DNA of 64,000 nucleotides, taken from the NCBI GenBank assembly GCA_030647955.1, contig JAUSIQ010000003.1:2111-66110 (forward strand). The letters are read 5' to 3'. Position numbers and translations under genes: made by a program. This DNA is from a bacterium. Its GTDB lineage: Bacteria > Patescibacteriota > Minisyncoccia > 2-02-FULL-40-12 > IGHO2-12-FULL-4. Below the pieces are notes generated by a model, which worked only from the letters and a program-made list of their open reading frames with translations, was not told where the DNA came from and did not search any database. Numbering within the stretch: position 1 is the stretch's first letter; each line of letters opens with the position of its first letter. Positions 55,892 to 64,000 of this stretch are shown piece by piece.

Positions 55892-56542
55892 ATGGGACAA
55901 AAAATTTCTCCAACTTCTTTCCGATTGAGTATTCATAAAAAGTGGTTATCCCGCTGGTTTGGATTGGGTAAAAAATATACCGAGTACTTTCACGAGGATT
56001 ATGCGGTGCGTCAGTTTTTAAATAAGAAGCTCAAGAACATGAGTGTAGATCGAATCGAGCTTGAGCGTAGCCCCGATACTTTTACGATTATTGTATTTAC
56101 TGCTCGTCCGGGTTTGATTATTGGCCGAGGAGGCACGGGAGCGGAGGATCTTAAAAAAGAAGTGCGCCGCTTGATTAAGCGGAAGACCGCTATTAGAATT
56201 GAGATTCAGGAATACAAAAATCCGGAATCTTCCGCAGCGATTATGGCCGAGTCTATTGTAGAGCAAACTGAGCGGCGTATTCCTTTTCGACGTCTGATGA
56301 AGCAGATGCTCGGTAAGATCGTCGCCAACAAAAAAGAAGTATTTGGGGCGAAGATAGAAATGTCCGGCCGCCTAAACGGAGAAGAAATTGCGCGCACCGA
56401 GCACTTGGAACAAGGAAATCTGCCACTGCAAACTTTGCGTGCCGACATTGATTATGCCAAGAGAACGGCATACACCACTTACGGCACGATTGGAGTGAAA
56501 GTTTGGATTTACAAAGGCTTAAAATTCGAAGACAAATCCTAA
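55892..56542 (+). CDS. rpsC: 30S protein uS3
   Basis: MGQKISP, LPLQTLRADIDY, GVKVWI. Confidence 0.97.
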   Translation: MGQKISPTSFRLSIHKKWLSRWFGLGKKYTEYFHEDYAVRQFLNKKLKNMSVDRIELERSPDTFTIIVFTARPGLIIGRGGTGAEDLKKEVRRLIKRKTAIRIEIQEYKNPESSAAIMAESIVEQTERRIPFRRLMKQMLGKIVANKKEVFGAKIEMSGRLNGEEIARTEHLEQGNLPLQTLRADIDYAKRTAYTTYGTIGVKVWIYKGLKFEDKS

Positions 56543-56545
56543 AAT

Positions 56546-56950
56546 ATGTTACAGCCTAAAAGAATAAAACACCGCAAGGTTCATGTTGGAAATATACCCG
56601 CCAAAGCTACTCGTGGCGCGACTTTGAGTTTCGGAAACTTTGGAGTGCGCGCGATGGAGTCCAAAATGATCACTTCGCGACAAATTGAATCTGCTCGCCG
56701 TACGATGACTCGTTTTATTCAGCGCGGAGGAAAAATTTGGATTAGAATCTTTCCGGATAAGCCGATGACCTCTAAACCCCCCGAAGTTGGTATGGGAGGA
56801 GGAGCGGGAGCTTTGAAAGAGTTCGTTGCCGTAGTAAGTGCCGGAAGAATTTTGTTTGAAATGGACGGCGTCACTGAAGCTACGGCTCGCGAAGCTTTTC
56901 GTTTGGCAGGTTACAAGTTGCCCATTAAGACCAAGTTTATTAAACGCTAA
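56546..56950 (+). CDS. rplP: 50S protein uL16
   Basis: [17 protein letters not shown]. Confidence 0.97.
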   Translation: MLQPKRIKHRKVHVGNIPAKATRGATLSFGNFGVRAMESKMITSRQIESARRTMTRFIQRGGKIWIRIFPDKPMTSKPPEVGMGGGAGALKEFVAVVSAGRILFEMDGVTEATAREAFRLAGYKLPIKTKFIKR

Positions 56951-56952
56951 TT

Positions 56953-57138
56953 ATGAAAGTTTCCGAATTACAACAAAAGAATAAAACTGAATTACGGGAG
57001 ATCTTAAGTGATCTGCAGATTAAGTTGGGCAAATTAAGATTTGAATTGAGTGCCAATACCCTGAAAGATTCCAGCCAGGTGAAGAAGGTCAAGAAAGATA
57101 TGGCCAGGGTCTTAACTATTTTACGAAATCATTATTAA
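56953..57138 (+). CDS. rpmC: 50S protein uL29
   Basis: Position in operon; KKDMARVLT. Confidence 0.92.
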   Translation: MKVSELQQKNKTELREILSDLQIKLGKLRFELSANTLKDSSQVKKVKKDMARVLTILRNHY

Positions 57139-57188
57139 GTGTTATAAGTAAGAACCCTAGTAATCCTTGAGGTTATAGGGCCAATTTC

Positions 57189-57479
57189 ATGGAAAACAGC
57201 CATAAAAACCAGGTAGAAGTAGGACGAACCCTTCAAGGAGTGGTGGTTTCGGATAAAATGATTAAGACCGTGGTAGTGGCTGTTAATCGTTTAAAAAAGC
57301 ACCCTAAGTATAAAAAATATTACCGCGTGACCAGTAAATACAAAGCACACGATGAAGCCAGGGCCTATCATATTGGTGACAAGGTGATTATTCGAGAGAC
57401 GCGACCTATTTCAAAGGATAAGCGCTGGGTGGTGGTAGAGAAAGTAGCAGGAAGTCAAAAGACGGAAGAAGGTTTATAA
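57189..57479 (+). CDS. rpsQ: 30S protein uS17
   Basis: [19 protein letters not shown]. Confidence 0.96.
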   Translation: MENSHKNQVEVGRTLQGVVVSDKMIKTVVVAVNRLKKHPKYKKYYRVTSKYKAHDEARAYHIGDKVIIRETRPISKDKRWVVVEKVAGSQKTEEGL

Positions 57480-57541
57480 AGTAAAGCTGCCAAAAGGAAT
57501 CTTACTTTATGAACTTGAAGAACTTTATAACTTGATAAACT
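57470..57541. repeat. ~9-nt-periodic palindrome (copy E, left arm truncated)
   Basis: Right arm GAACTTGAAGAACTTTATAACTTGATAAACT nearly the same as copy B. Confidence 0.75.
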
Positions 57542-57546
57542 AGTTT

Positions 57547-57912
57547 ATGATTCAATTACGATCCATCGTTACTGTAGCAGATAATAGCGGAGCCAAAAAA
57601 GTTGGTGTCTTTAAGGTATTGGGCGGAACTCGCAAGCGCTATGCTCAACTGGGCGATGTCGTCGTGGTATCCGTTAAAGAAGCGGAGCCCCGTAAGCAAG
57701 TTAAGAAAAAAGATGTCTTACGAGCGTTAGTGGTTCGTCAGCGACAAAACTTCCGACGAGCAGATGGTAGTTATGTGCGCTTTGATGAAAACGCGGTTGT
57801 AATTTTAGAAGGTAAGGAGCCCAAGGGAGGAAGAATTTTCGGTCCCATTCCTCGTGAGATTAAAGAGCGCGGCTATGATACGATTGCTTCCTTAGCCCAA
57901 GAGATTGTCTAA
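57547..57912 (+). CDS. rplN: 50S protein uL14
   Basis: VADNSGAK, FDENAVV. Confidence 0.97.
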   Translation: MIQLRSIVTVADNSGAKKVGVFKVLGGTRKRYAQLGDVVVVSVKEAEPRKQVKKKDVLRALVVRQRQNFRRADGSYVRFDENAVVILEGKEPKGGRIFGPIPREIKERGYDTIASLAQEIV

Positions 57913-57916
57913 ACAT

Positions 57917-58231
57917 ATGTCCAAGATTAAAAAAGGCGACAATGTAAAAATGCTTTCTGGAAAAGACCGTGGAAAAAACGGGACAGTTTCTTTGGTTTTA
58001 GCCCAGGGTGCAGATGCGCGGGTAGTAATCGAGGGTTTGAATAAAGTAAAAAAACATCAGCGCGCCCGCAAACAAGGACAGAAAGGACAGATTATTTCCG
58101 TAGAAAGACCAGTAAATATTTCCAGCGTGCAATTAATCTGTAAGAGTTGCGGTAAACCGACGCGAGTTGGTTTTAAGGTGGACGGTGATAAAAAAGAAAG
58201 AATTTGTCGTAAATGTTCAGCCACGATTTAA
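57917..58231 (+). CDS. rplX: 50S protein uL24
   Basis: IKKGDNV..LSGKDRGK; start at ATG 57917. Confidence 0.94.
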   Translation: MSKIKKGDNVKMLSGKDRGKNGTVSLVLAQGADARVVIEGLNKVKKHQRARKQGQKGQIISVERPVNISSVQLICKSCGKPTRVGFKVDGDKKERICRKCSATI

Positions 58232-58247
58232 TAAAAAAGAGTTTAAT

Positions 58248-58817
58248 ATGGATACTCCAAGAATGTTAACTAAATATCGCAAAGAGATAGTCCCGGCCAT
58301 GCGGGAGAAGTTTAAATACAAGACTGTTATGGCGGTGCCAAAAGTTTTAAAGGTGGTTTTGAATATTGGCGTGGGACGCTATGTGAAGGATGATAAGATG
58401 CTAGAAGTTATTGAAAGAGATTTAAGTTTAATCACCGGACAGAAACCCGCCCCGACTTTTGCCAAGAAATCCATCGCTAGCTTTAAGCTTCGCGAGGGGA
58501 TGAAGGTGGGTTATAAAGTAACCTTGCGAGGAAAGAGAATGTATGATTTTATAGATAGACTAGTATCTATCGCTTTCCCCAGAACTCGCGATTTTCGAGG
58601 TTTGGATTTAAAATCTTTTGATAAAAAAGGTTCCTTGAATTTGGGTATTACGGAACAGAGTATCTTTCCGGAAGTGCATTATGAATCCTTAAAAGAAGTT
58701 TTCGGCTTAGAGATCGCGGTAGTAACCAGTGCCCAAAGAAGAGAGGAAGCGATTGAATTGTTAAAATTGATCGGATTTCCATTTAAGAAAGAAGAAAAGA
58801 AAACCAGTAAGAAATAA
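58248..58817 (+). CDS. rplE: 50S protein uL5
   Basis: ITGQKP, AKKSIASFKLREG, PRTRDFRG; start at ATG 58248. Confidence 0.96.
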   Translation: MDTPRMLTKYRKEIVPAMREKFKYKTVMAVPKVLKVVLNIGVGRYVKDDKMLEVIERDLSLITGQKPAPTFAKKSIASFKLREGMKVGYKVTLRGKRMYDFIDRLVSIAFPRTRDFRGLDLKSFDKKGSLNLGITEQSIFPEVHYESLKEVFGLEIAVVTSAQRREEAIELLKLIGFPFKKEEKKTSKK

Positions 58818-58822
58818 ATACC

Positions 58823-59008
58823 ATGGCGAAAGAATCAACTAAGGCGCGAGCCAAAAAGAAACCCAAATATTCCAGCCGGATTGTCCGACGCTGTTTTATC
58901 TGCGGAAGAAAATACGGTTATATGCGCAAGTTCGATTTGTGTCGTATGCATTTCAGAGAATTGGCTAGTGAAGGATTGCTGCCAGGTATTACAAAATCAT
59001 CTTGGTAA
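58823..59008 (+). CDS. rpsZ: 30S protein uS14 (short type Z)
   Basis: RCFICGR..GYMRKFDLCRMHFRE, LPGITKSSW. Confidence 0.95.
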   Translation: MAKESTKARAKKKPKYSSRIVRRCFICGRKYGYMRKFDLCRMHFRELASEGLLPGITKSSW

Positions 59009-59098
59009 GAGAAGTTCATCAAGTTTATAAAGTTATAAAGTTCATAAAGTAGAAGGATCAAGTCTTAAAACTTTACGGACTTTTCACTTTATAAACTA
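59003..59098. repeat. ~9-nt-periodic palindrome (copy F)
   Basis: Near-identical to 59499-59603. Confidence 0.9.
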
Positions 59099-59105
59099 TT
59101 CCGCT

Positions 59106-59504
59106 ATGTATATTGTTTCCGACATGTTAATAAGAATCAAAAACGCGCAGGCGGCTCGAAAAGAGCGGCTTTTGATTCCGTTCTCCAAGATGAAATGGGA
59201 GATTGCCAAAGTCCTTAAAGAGGCGGGCTTTATTCAAGACTTTGAGAGAAGAAAAAAGAAAATAAAAAAGACCGAGCATGCTTTTATTGAAGTTAAGTTG
59301 GAGGTAACGGCAGGAGATGTGGCTATTTCTGAAGTAAAAATTATCAGCAAACCATCGAGACGGGTCTATATCAAAAAGAGTGAAATTCGACCAGTCTTAG
59401 GAGGTTATGGCATCGCGATTCTCTCTACTCCGAAAGGAGTAATGACGGGAGAAGAAGCCAAGAAGAATAACTTAGGAGGGGAATGGTTAGCTGAGATATG
59501 GTAA
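59106..59504 (+). CDS. rpsH: 30S protein uS8
   Basis: DMLIRIKNA, ISKPSRRVY, STPKGVM. Confidence 0.96.
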   Translation: MYIVSDMLIRIKNAQAARKERLLIPFSKMKWEIAKVLKEAGFIQDFERRKKKIKKTEHAFIEVKLEVTAGDVAISEVKIISKPSRRVYIKKSEIRPVLGGYGIAILSTPKGVMTGEEAKKNNLGGEWLAEIW

Positions 59505-59603
59505 GAGAAGTTCATCAAGTTTATAAAGTTATAAAGTTCATAAAGTAGAAAGATCAAATCTTAAAACTTTAAAAACTTTACGGACTTTTCACTTTATAAA
59601 CTA
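59499..59603. repeat. ~9-nt-periodic palindrome (copy G)
   Basis: Copy F with 2 substitutions and one extra 9-nt unit. Confidence 0.9.
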
Positions 59604-59609
59604 AATTCG

Positions 59610-60155
59610 ATGTCACGAATTGGAAAAAAACCAGTAATTTTGCCCAACAATGTGGAACTAAAAGTTCAGGATGGTTTTATTTGGACCAAAGGACCAAAGG
59701 GTGAGCTCAAGAGACCATTAGATTCACGCGTGGAAGTAAAGGTTGAAGAGGGGCAGGTTTTTGTTACACTCAAGGAAGAGCGCAACGATCTTTCGGCAAT
59801 CTGGGGCCTTTACCGCTCCTTAATTGCCAATATGATCAAGGGCGTAGAGGTTGGATTTGAGAGAATTTTAACCTTCCAAGGCGTAGGATTTAAGGCCGTA
59901 GCCACCGGAAGCACTATCGAGTTAAACCTGGGATTTTCCCATCCTATTAAATACGAAGCTCCCCAAGAAATTACTTTTAAAGTGGAGAAGAATAAAATTG
60001 TGGTCAGCGGAATTGATAAAGAGTTAGTAGGCCATGTCGCTTCCAGCATTCGCAATTTCAAAAAGCCGGAGCCTTATAAGGGTAGCGGTATTAAATACGC
60101 CGAAGAAGTTATTATTAAGAAAGCTGGAAAGAAAGCGGCGACTACAGCTAGTTAA
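59610..60155 (+). CDS. rplF: 50S protein uL6
   Basis: MSRIGKKP, PEPYKGSGI. Confidence 0.97.
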   Translation: MSRIGKKPVILPNNVELKVQDGFIWTKGPKGELKRPLDSRVEVKVEEGQVFVTLKEERNDLSAIWGLYRSLIANMIKGVEVGFERILTFQGVGFKAVATGSTIELNLGFSHPIKYEAPQEITFKVEKNKIVVSGIDKELVGHVASSIRNFKKPEPYKGSGIKYAEEVIIKKAGKKAATTAS

Positions 60156-60164
60156 ATTTAAGCC

Positions 60165-60515
60165 ATGGATAAACAAAAGCAAAAACTAATTCATCGCCAA
60201 AGAAGACACCATCGAGTGCGGGCGAAAATCACTGGATCTGCGGAACTTCCCCGTGTGGCGGTTTATCGTAGCTTAAAATACATCTACTCTCAGGTAATCG
60301 ACGATTCCAAAGGAAAGACGATCTGCTCCATTAACGACATTAAGCTTAAAGAGAAGAACAAGACGGAACGTTCCTTTAAGGCCGGAGAGATGTTGGGAGA
60401 AATGATCAAGAAAAATAATATTAAAAAAGTTTTGTTTGATCGAGGTGGTTTTAGATATCATGGTCGGGTGAAAGCGTTAGCGGAAGGCTTAAGAAAGAGC
60501 GGTATTCAACTTTAA
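60165..60515 (+). CDS. rplR: 50S protein uL18
   Basis: FDRGGFRYHGRVKALAE. Confidence 0.96.
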   Translation: MDKQKQKLIHRQRRHHRVRAKITGSAELPRVAVYRSLKYIYSQVIDDSKGKTICSINDIKLKEKNKTERSFKAGEMLGEMIKKNNIKKVLFDRGGFRYHGRVKALAEGLRKSGIQL

Positions 60516-60519
60516 ACCT

Positions 60520-61080
60520 ATGGAAAAAACAACTACCCCACAACAAGGTAATCAAAGAGGAGGACGCGGAGGCGATTTTCGAGGAAGAGGCCGAGGACCG
60601 CGCTCTAATAACTTTGAAAAGAAATCTGAATTTGATCAGAAGGTTTTAGATATTGCTCGTGTCACCCGTGTTACCAAAGGAGGCAAGCGTTTTAGCTTTC
60701 GAGCCACAGTAGTTATTGGCGATGGCAAGGGTTCAGTGGGAGTAGGTGTGGCCAAAGGCCGCGACGTGGCCCAAGCTATTCAGAAAGCCACTCACCAGGC
60801 CAAGCGCACCATGATTAAGCTGCGCATTAAAAACGGCACCATCCTGCATCCCGTTTCTGCTAAATATAATAGCGCGGTAGTGGTCTTGAAACCGGCGGCA
60901 ATCGGTAACGGTGTTAAAGCCGGTGGTCCAGTCCGAGCGGTGGCGAAGCTGGGGGGAATTGAAAATATTACCGCTAAGCTGACTTCGCGCACGAGAAACA
61001 AAATCAACATCGCCAGAGCGACGATTGAGGCTTTGGCTAAATTAAAAGTAGAGCAAGTGGTGACAGTTGTTACCCATTAA
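60520..61080 (+). CDS. rpsE: 30S protein uS5
   Basis: RVTRVTKGGKRFSF, AGGPVRAV. Confidence 0.96.
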   Translation: MEKTTTPQQGNQRGGRGGDFRGRGRGPRSNNFEKKSEFDQKVLDIARVTRVTKGGKRFSFRATVVIGDGKGSVGVGVAKGRDVAQAIQKATHQAKRTMIKLRIKNGTILHPVSAKYNSAVVVLKPAAIGNGVKAGGPVRAVAKLGGIENITAKLTSRTRNKINIARATIEALAKLKVEQVVTVVTH

Positions 61081-61089
61081 TCTTAAAAT

Positions 61090-61545
61090 ATGCAGCTTCA
61101 CGAATTAAAACTAAAGAATCAACCCCGCCAGGCCAGACGTGTCGGTCGCGGAGGTAAACGCGGAACTTTCTCCGGAAAGGGCAGTAAAGGACAACAAGCT
61201 CGAGGAGCTCGTTTGGGCGTGGATTTTCGCGGAGGCAACCAGCCGATTTGGAAGGTCTTTCCTAAAAAGAGAGGCTCTACCAAAAAGACCGATATAAAAC
61301 ACCGTTATTTCCAAACCGAAGCGGCGGCTATTCCGGTTATTAATCTTGGTAAAATTAATCAGCTTTTCTCGGCGGGAGATACGGTTAGTCCGGCTACTTT
61401 GCTAGAGAAGGGTTTGATTCACGTTCGCAATAAAAAAGTTAAAATTTTAGGTCAGGGAGAGTTGGATAAAAAACTCAAATTTTCTGGATTGATCTTCTCT
61501 CAGTCTGCCAAGGATAAAATCTTGAAGTCTGGAGAAATTCTCTAA
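61090..61545 (+). CDS. rplO: 50S protein uL15
   Basis: RVGRGGKRG..SGKG.KGQ.AR, VKILGQG. Confidence 0.94.
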   Translation: MQLHELKLKNQPRQARRVGRGGKRGTFSGKGSKGQQARGARLGVDFRGGNQPIWKVFPKKRGSTKKTDIKHRYFQTEAAAIPVINLGKINQLFSAGDTVSPATLLEKGLIHVRNKKVKILGQGELDKKLKFSGLIFSQSAKDKILKSGEIL

Positions 61546-61549
61546 TTAC

Positions 61550-62809
61550 ATGGAGCGTTTGCTAAAAATTTTCAAAATCAAAGATCTCCGCTACAAAATT
61601 CTCTTTGTGGTGGGTATTTTGGTAGTTTCTCGTATTGCTTCGACTATTCCGATTCCCAGTGTGGATGCGGATCGTTTGCGTGAATTCTTTGCCAATAACC
61701 AACTCTTCGGTTTGATCAGTACGTTTACGGGCGGAGGATTAGCCACGCTTTCGGTGGCCATGTTAGGACTCGGTCCTTACATTACCGGTTCGATTATTAT
61801 GCAGTTGTTGACGATGGTCTTTCCTCCTTTAGAGCAGATGTATAAATACGGAGGAGAAGCAGGACGCGCTAAATTTAATCAATTCTCTCGAATGCTGACA
61901 GTGCCCTTAGCTTTCTTGCAAGGCTATGCATTTATTTCTTTGCTAGCTCGGCAAGGAGTACTGCAGCCTTTGTCTATGGGGCAGTGGGCGAGTTCGCTTT
62001 TGGTAGTAGCCGCTGGGGCGGTGTTCTTGATGTGGTTAGGAGAATTGATCACGGAGAAGAATATTGGCAACGGTATTTCTTTATTAATCTTCGCCGGTAT
62101 TGTTTCCGGTTTTCCGGCCAGCTTTAGTCAGACCTTATCTATTTTCGATCGTTCTCAATTATTTATGTATATCGGATTTGCCGCAGTGGCCCTAGTGGTT
62201 ATCGCTGGAGTAGTCTACTTAACGGAAGCACAGAGAAATATTCCCATTAACTACGCTAAAAAAGTTCGTGGATCCAAAGTTTATGGAGGAGTGTCCACTT
62301 ACTTGCCGATGCGCGTGAATAACGCCGGAGTTATGCCGATCATTTTCGCTTTATCGATTCTGCTCTTTCCGGGCATGATTGCTAACTTCTTTGCCAACTC
62401 TTCGGTGAGCTTTATTAGTAATCTGGCCAACTTCTTCAATAGTTTTATTCAGAACCAGTTTTTTTATAGCTTGGCTTACTTCATTCTTGTGGTGGTCTTT
62501 ACTTACTTTTACACTGCCGTCACCTTTGATCCCAAGTCTATTTCCGAAAATATTCAAAAGCAGGGCGGCTATATTCCTGGAATTAGACCGGGTCAGGCCA
62601 CCACTCAATTCTTGGAACACTTGCTTAATCGTATTACCTTAGTGGGGGCCGTCTTTCTGGGTATTATCGCTATCTTGCCGAATATTGTACAGGCTTTCAC
62701 CGGTATTACTGCCTTTACGGTAGGAGGTACCTCAATATTGATCGTAGTGTCGGTGGTGCTGGAAACGATGAAGCAGTTAGACGCCCAGATCTCAATGTAC
62801 GAGTACTAG
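61550..62809 (+). CDS. secY: Preprotein translocase SecY
   Basis: LGLGPYITGSII, IGNGISL, AGVMPIIFA, IPGIRPG, GGTSILIVV. Confidence 0.98.
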   Translation: MERLLKIFKIKDLRYKILFVVGILVVSRIASTIPIPSVDADRLREFFANNQLFGLISTFTGGGLATLSVAMLGLGPYITGSIIMQLLTMVFPPLEQMYKYGGEAGRAKFNQFSRMLTVPLAFLQGYAFISLLARQGVLQPLSMGQWASSLLVVAAGAVFLMWLGELITEKNIGNGISLLIFAGIVSGFPASFSQTLSIFDRSQLFMYIGFAAVALVVIAGVVYLTEAQRNIPINYAKKVRGSKVYGGVSTYLPMRVNNAGVMPIIFALSILLFPGMIANFFANSSVSFISNLANFFNSFIQNQFFYSLAYFILVVVFTYFYTAVTFDPKSISENIQKQGGYIPGIRPGQATTQFLEHLLNRITLVGAVFLGIIAILPNIVQAFTGITAFTVGGTSILIVVSVVLETMKQLDAQISMYEY

Positions 62810-62984
62810 GAACCTTTGCGATAAAAAACCAGAAGCCCCGAAGATTAGGGGCTTTTCTGGTTTTTTCTCCCTAAAGGGTTTGCTCCATTTCTTTGTTAAA
62901 ATCTCCGTCTGAGACTCACCGTACTAACGTACGTTTCGTCTCAATACTCGATTTTGCCGCGAACTGGAGCAAACGCAAAGGTTC
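62810..62984 (-). repeat. Multi-stem structured repeat element, copy 3 of 3 (diverged, reverse orientation)
   Basis: Closing stem GAACCTTTGCG/CGCAAAGGTTC; reverse complement aligns to the copy 1 core with compensatory changes. Confidence 0.8.
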
Positions 62985-63187
62985 TGATGATTCTCAATAC
63001 TGGATTTTAGGCAAACGAGAAAATTTTTAGAAATTAGTCTCGATCATCACTGCTCATAATTTACGTGTAAATATTTCTCATAATTTAGATTTTTTTCATT
63101 GAAAATAAGGCCGAAAGGGCCTTTTTTTCATCTTCATTTTCGGTTCATTATGAGGGCCTATTATGAGGCCACGAGGGTATATACCCC

Positions 63188-63216
63188 TTGACAGCACTGT
63201 TATAAGGGTTTATAAT
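63188..63216 (+). promoter_or_regulatory. Consensus sigma70 promoter
   Basis: TTGACA-17 bp-TATAAT. Confidence 0.8.
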
Positions 63217-63274
63217 ATATAGATGAGTAGTACCTTGCATAACTAGCATCCCCAACGGGGGAGAAGGAGACGGT

Positions 63275-64000
63275 ATGAAGTTCTGGATTTCAGCAGTTTT
63301 GGTCGCTTGTTTGGTCCTCCCAGTGGGGATGGTCCAGGAAGCGGCTGCGCAGGTGCAGGCCAAGAAAGCGGCTCCGGTGAAGAAGAAAACGACCCTCAGG
63401 AGGGTTGTTGCACCCGAGCTTCCGCTTAACGCCTACGAGACGTACTCGGAGTGCGAGCAGGCGCTCAAGCAGAAGAGGGGCTATTACGTGCCCACCTTCT
63501 TCGGAGAGAGAGGACGGAAGCCGAAACGGCCCGTGGCCTCCACAAGGGCTTTGGAAGCGGATGGTTGCGCCTATCTAAAGGTAGCCGGCGGAATGTACGC
63601 CTGGGTACCTCAGAAGAAGGGGACGCTTTACGACTATGATGCCGAGTATCATCCGATTCGTCGGCATGATTGCGGCAATTCTGTCGTGGAGATTCGCTAT
63701 CCTAAGGCCGAGCCGGTGTTAAGAGCGATTGTGGCTGCTGAGGCCGAGCCTCGTGCTGAAGCAGAGCCTGTGCCACCTGCCGAGGCTCCGCCTGTCTTCA
63801 CTTCCACGCCGGCTGTACCGGTGAAGGTGAGGCAGGATGGAGTGGTCAACATTGTTGGAAATAACAACGAGGTTGACTTCAGGAGCATTAAGGTCATTGA
63901 ACGAGTCCATCCGGTTGTCGTAGAAAGGCACGGTATGTCTACCGGCACCAAATGGGTGATTGGCGGTGTCGCGGCCGGCATCGTTGGTGGGCTCGTGTAC
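63275..64000 (+). CDS. Secreted/membrane-anchored hypothetical protein (runs off window)
   Basis: AAGGAG SD; MKFWISAVLVACLVLPVG signal peptide, Pro/Ala-rich linker, hydrophobic KWVIGGVAAGIVGGLV at the window end. Confidence 0.7.
   Translation, partial: MKFWISAVLVACLVLPVGMVQEAAAQVQAKKAAPVKKKTTLRRVVAPELPLNAYETYSECEQALKQKRGYYVPTFFGERGRKPKRPVASTRALEADGCAYLKVAGGMYAWVPQKKGTLYDYDAEYHPIRRHDCGNSVVEIRYPKAEPVLRAIVAAEAEPRAEAEPVPPAEAPPVFTSTPAVPVKVRQDGVVNIVGNNNEVDFRSIKVIERVHPVVVERHGMSTGTKWVIGGVAAGIVGGLVY

Noticed and set aside
47333-59603. CRISPR interpretation of the periodic repeats
   Set aside because: No repeat-spacer array or cas genes; copies are separated by whole genes
63059-63075. parS-like site (TTTACGTGTAAA)
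   Set aside because: Poor match to TGTTTCACGTGAAACA and within AT-rich sequence
63148-63981. Short alternative ORFs near the window end
   Set aside because: Shadow frames of the open plus-strand gene starting at 63275

Overview
Core-genome segment of a Patescibacteria/CPR (Parcubacteria-like) bacterium using genetic code 11. It carries aminoacyl-tRNA synthetases (ileS 3' end, glyQS, metG, leuS, hisS), recO, parAB, rel, topA-dprA, ftsAZ, class II RNR (nrdJ), a split ComEC, ndk, ahpC, rpmB, and the str/S10/spc ribosomal cluster through secY with rpmD absent. RNA genes are tRNA-Leu(CAA), tRNA-Pro(GGG) and a probable 6S RNA. The most striking signal is non-coding: several distinct families of short palindromic elements have colonised the region, and no recognisable transposase is in the window. 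These are (i) a ~170-bp multi-stem element in 3 copies with compensatory base changes, (ii) TCCCGT...ACGGGA MITE-like elements with 4-bp target duplications, (iii) a ~30-bp hairpin element, (iv) seven ~9-nt-periodic AT-rich palindromes directly behind stop codons, with identical or near-identical pairs bracketing rpsG and rpsH, and (v) a tRNA-3'-end mini-element. Several palindromes sit in frame inside essential genes (metG, leuS, topA, tatD, folD) and add peptide. Also notable is a perfect Shine-Dalgarno at rpsU while the other ribosomal genes have little or none. All calls come from reading the sequence and from recalled family motifs; no searches were run.
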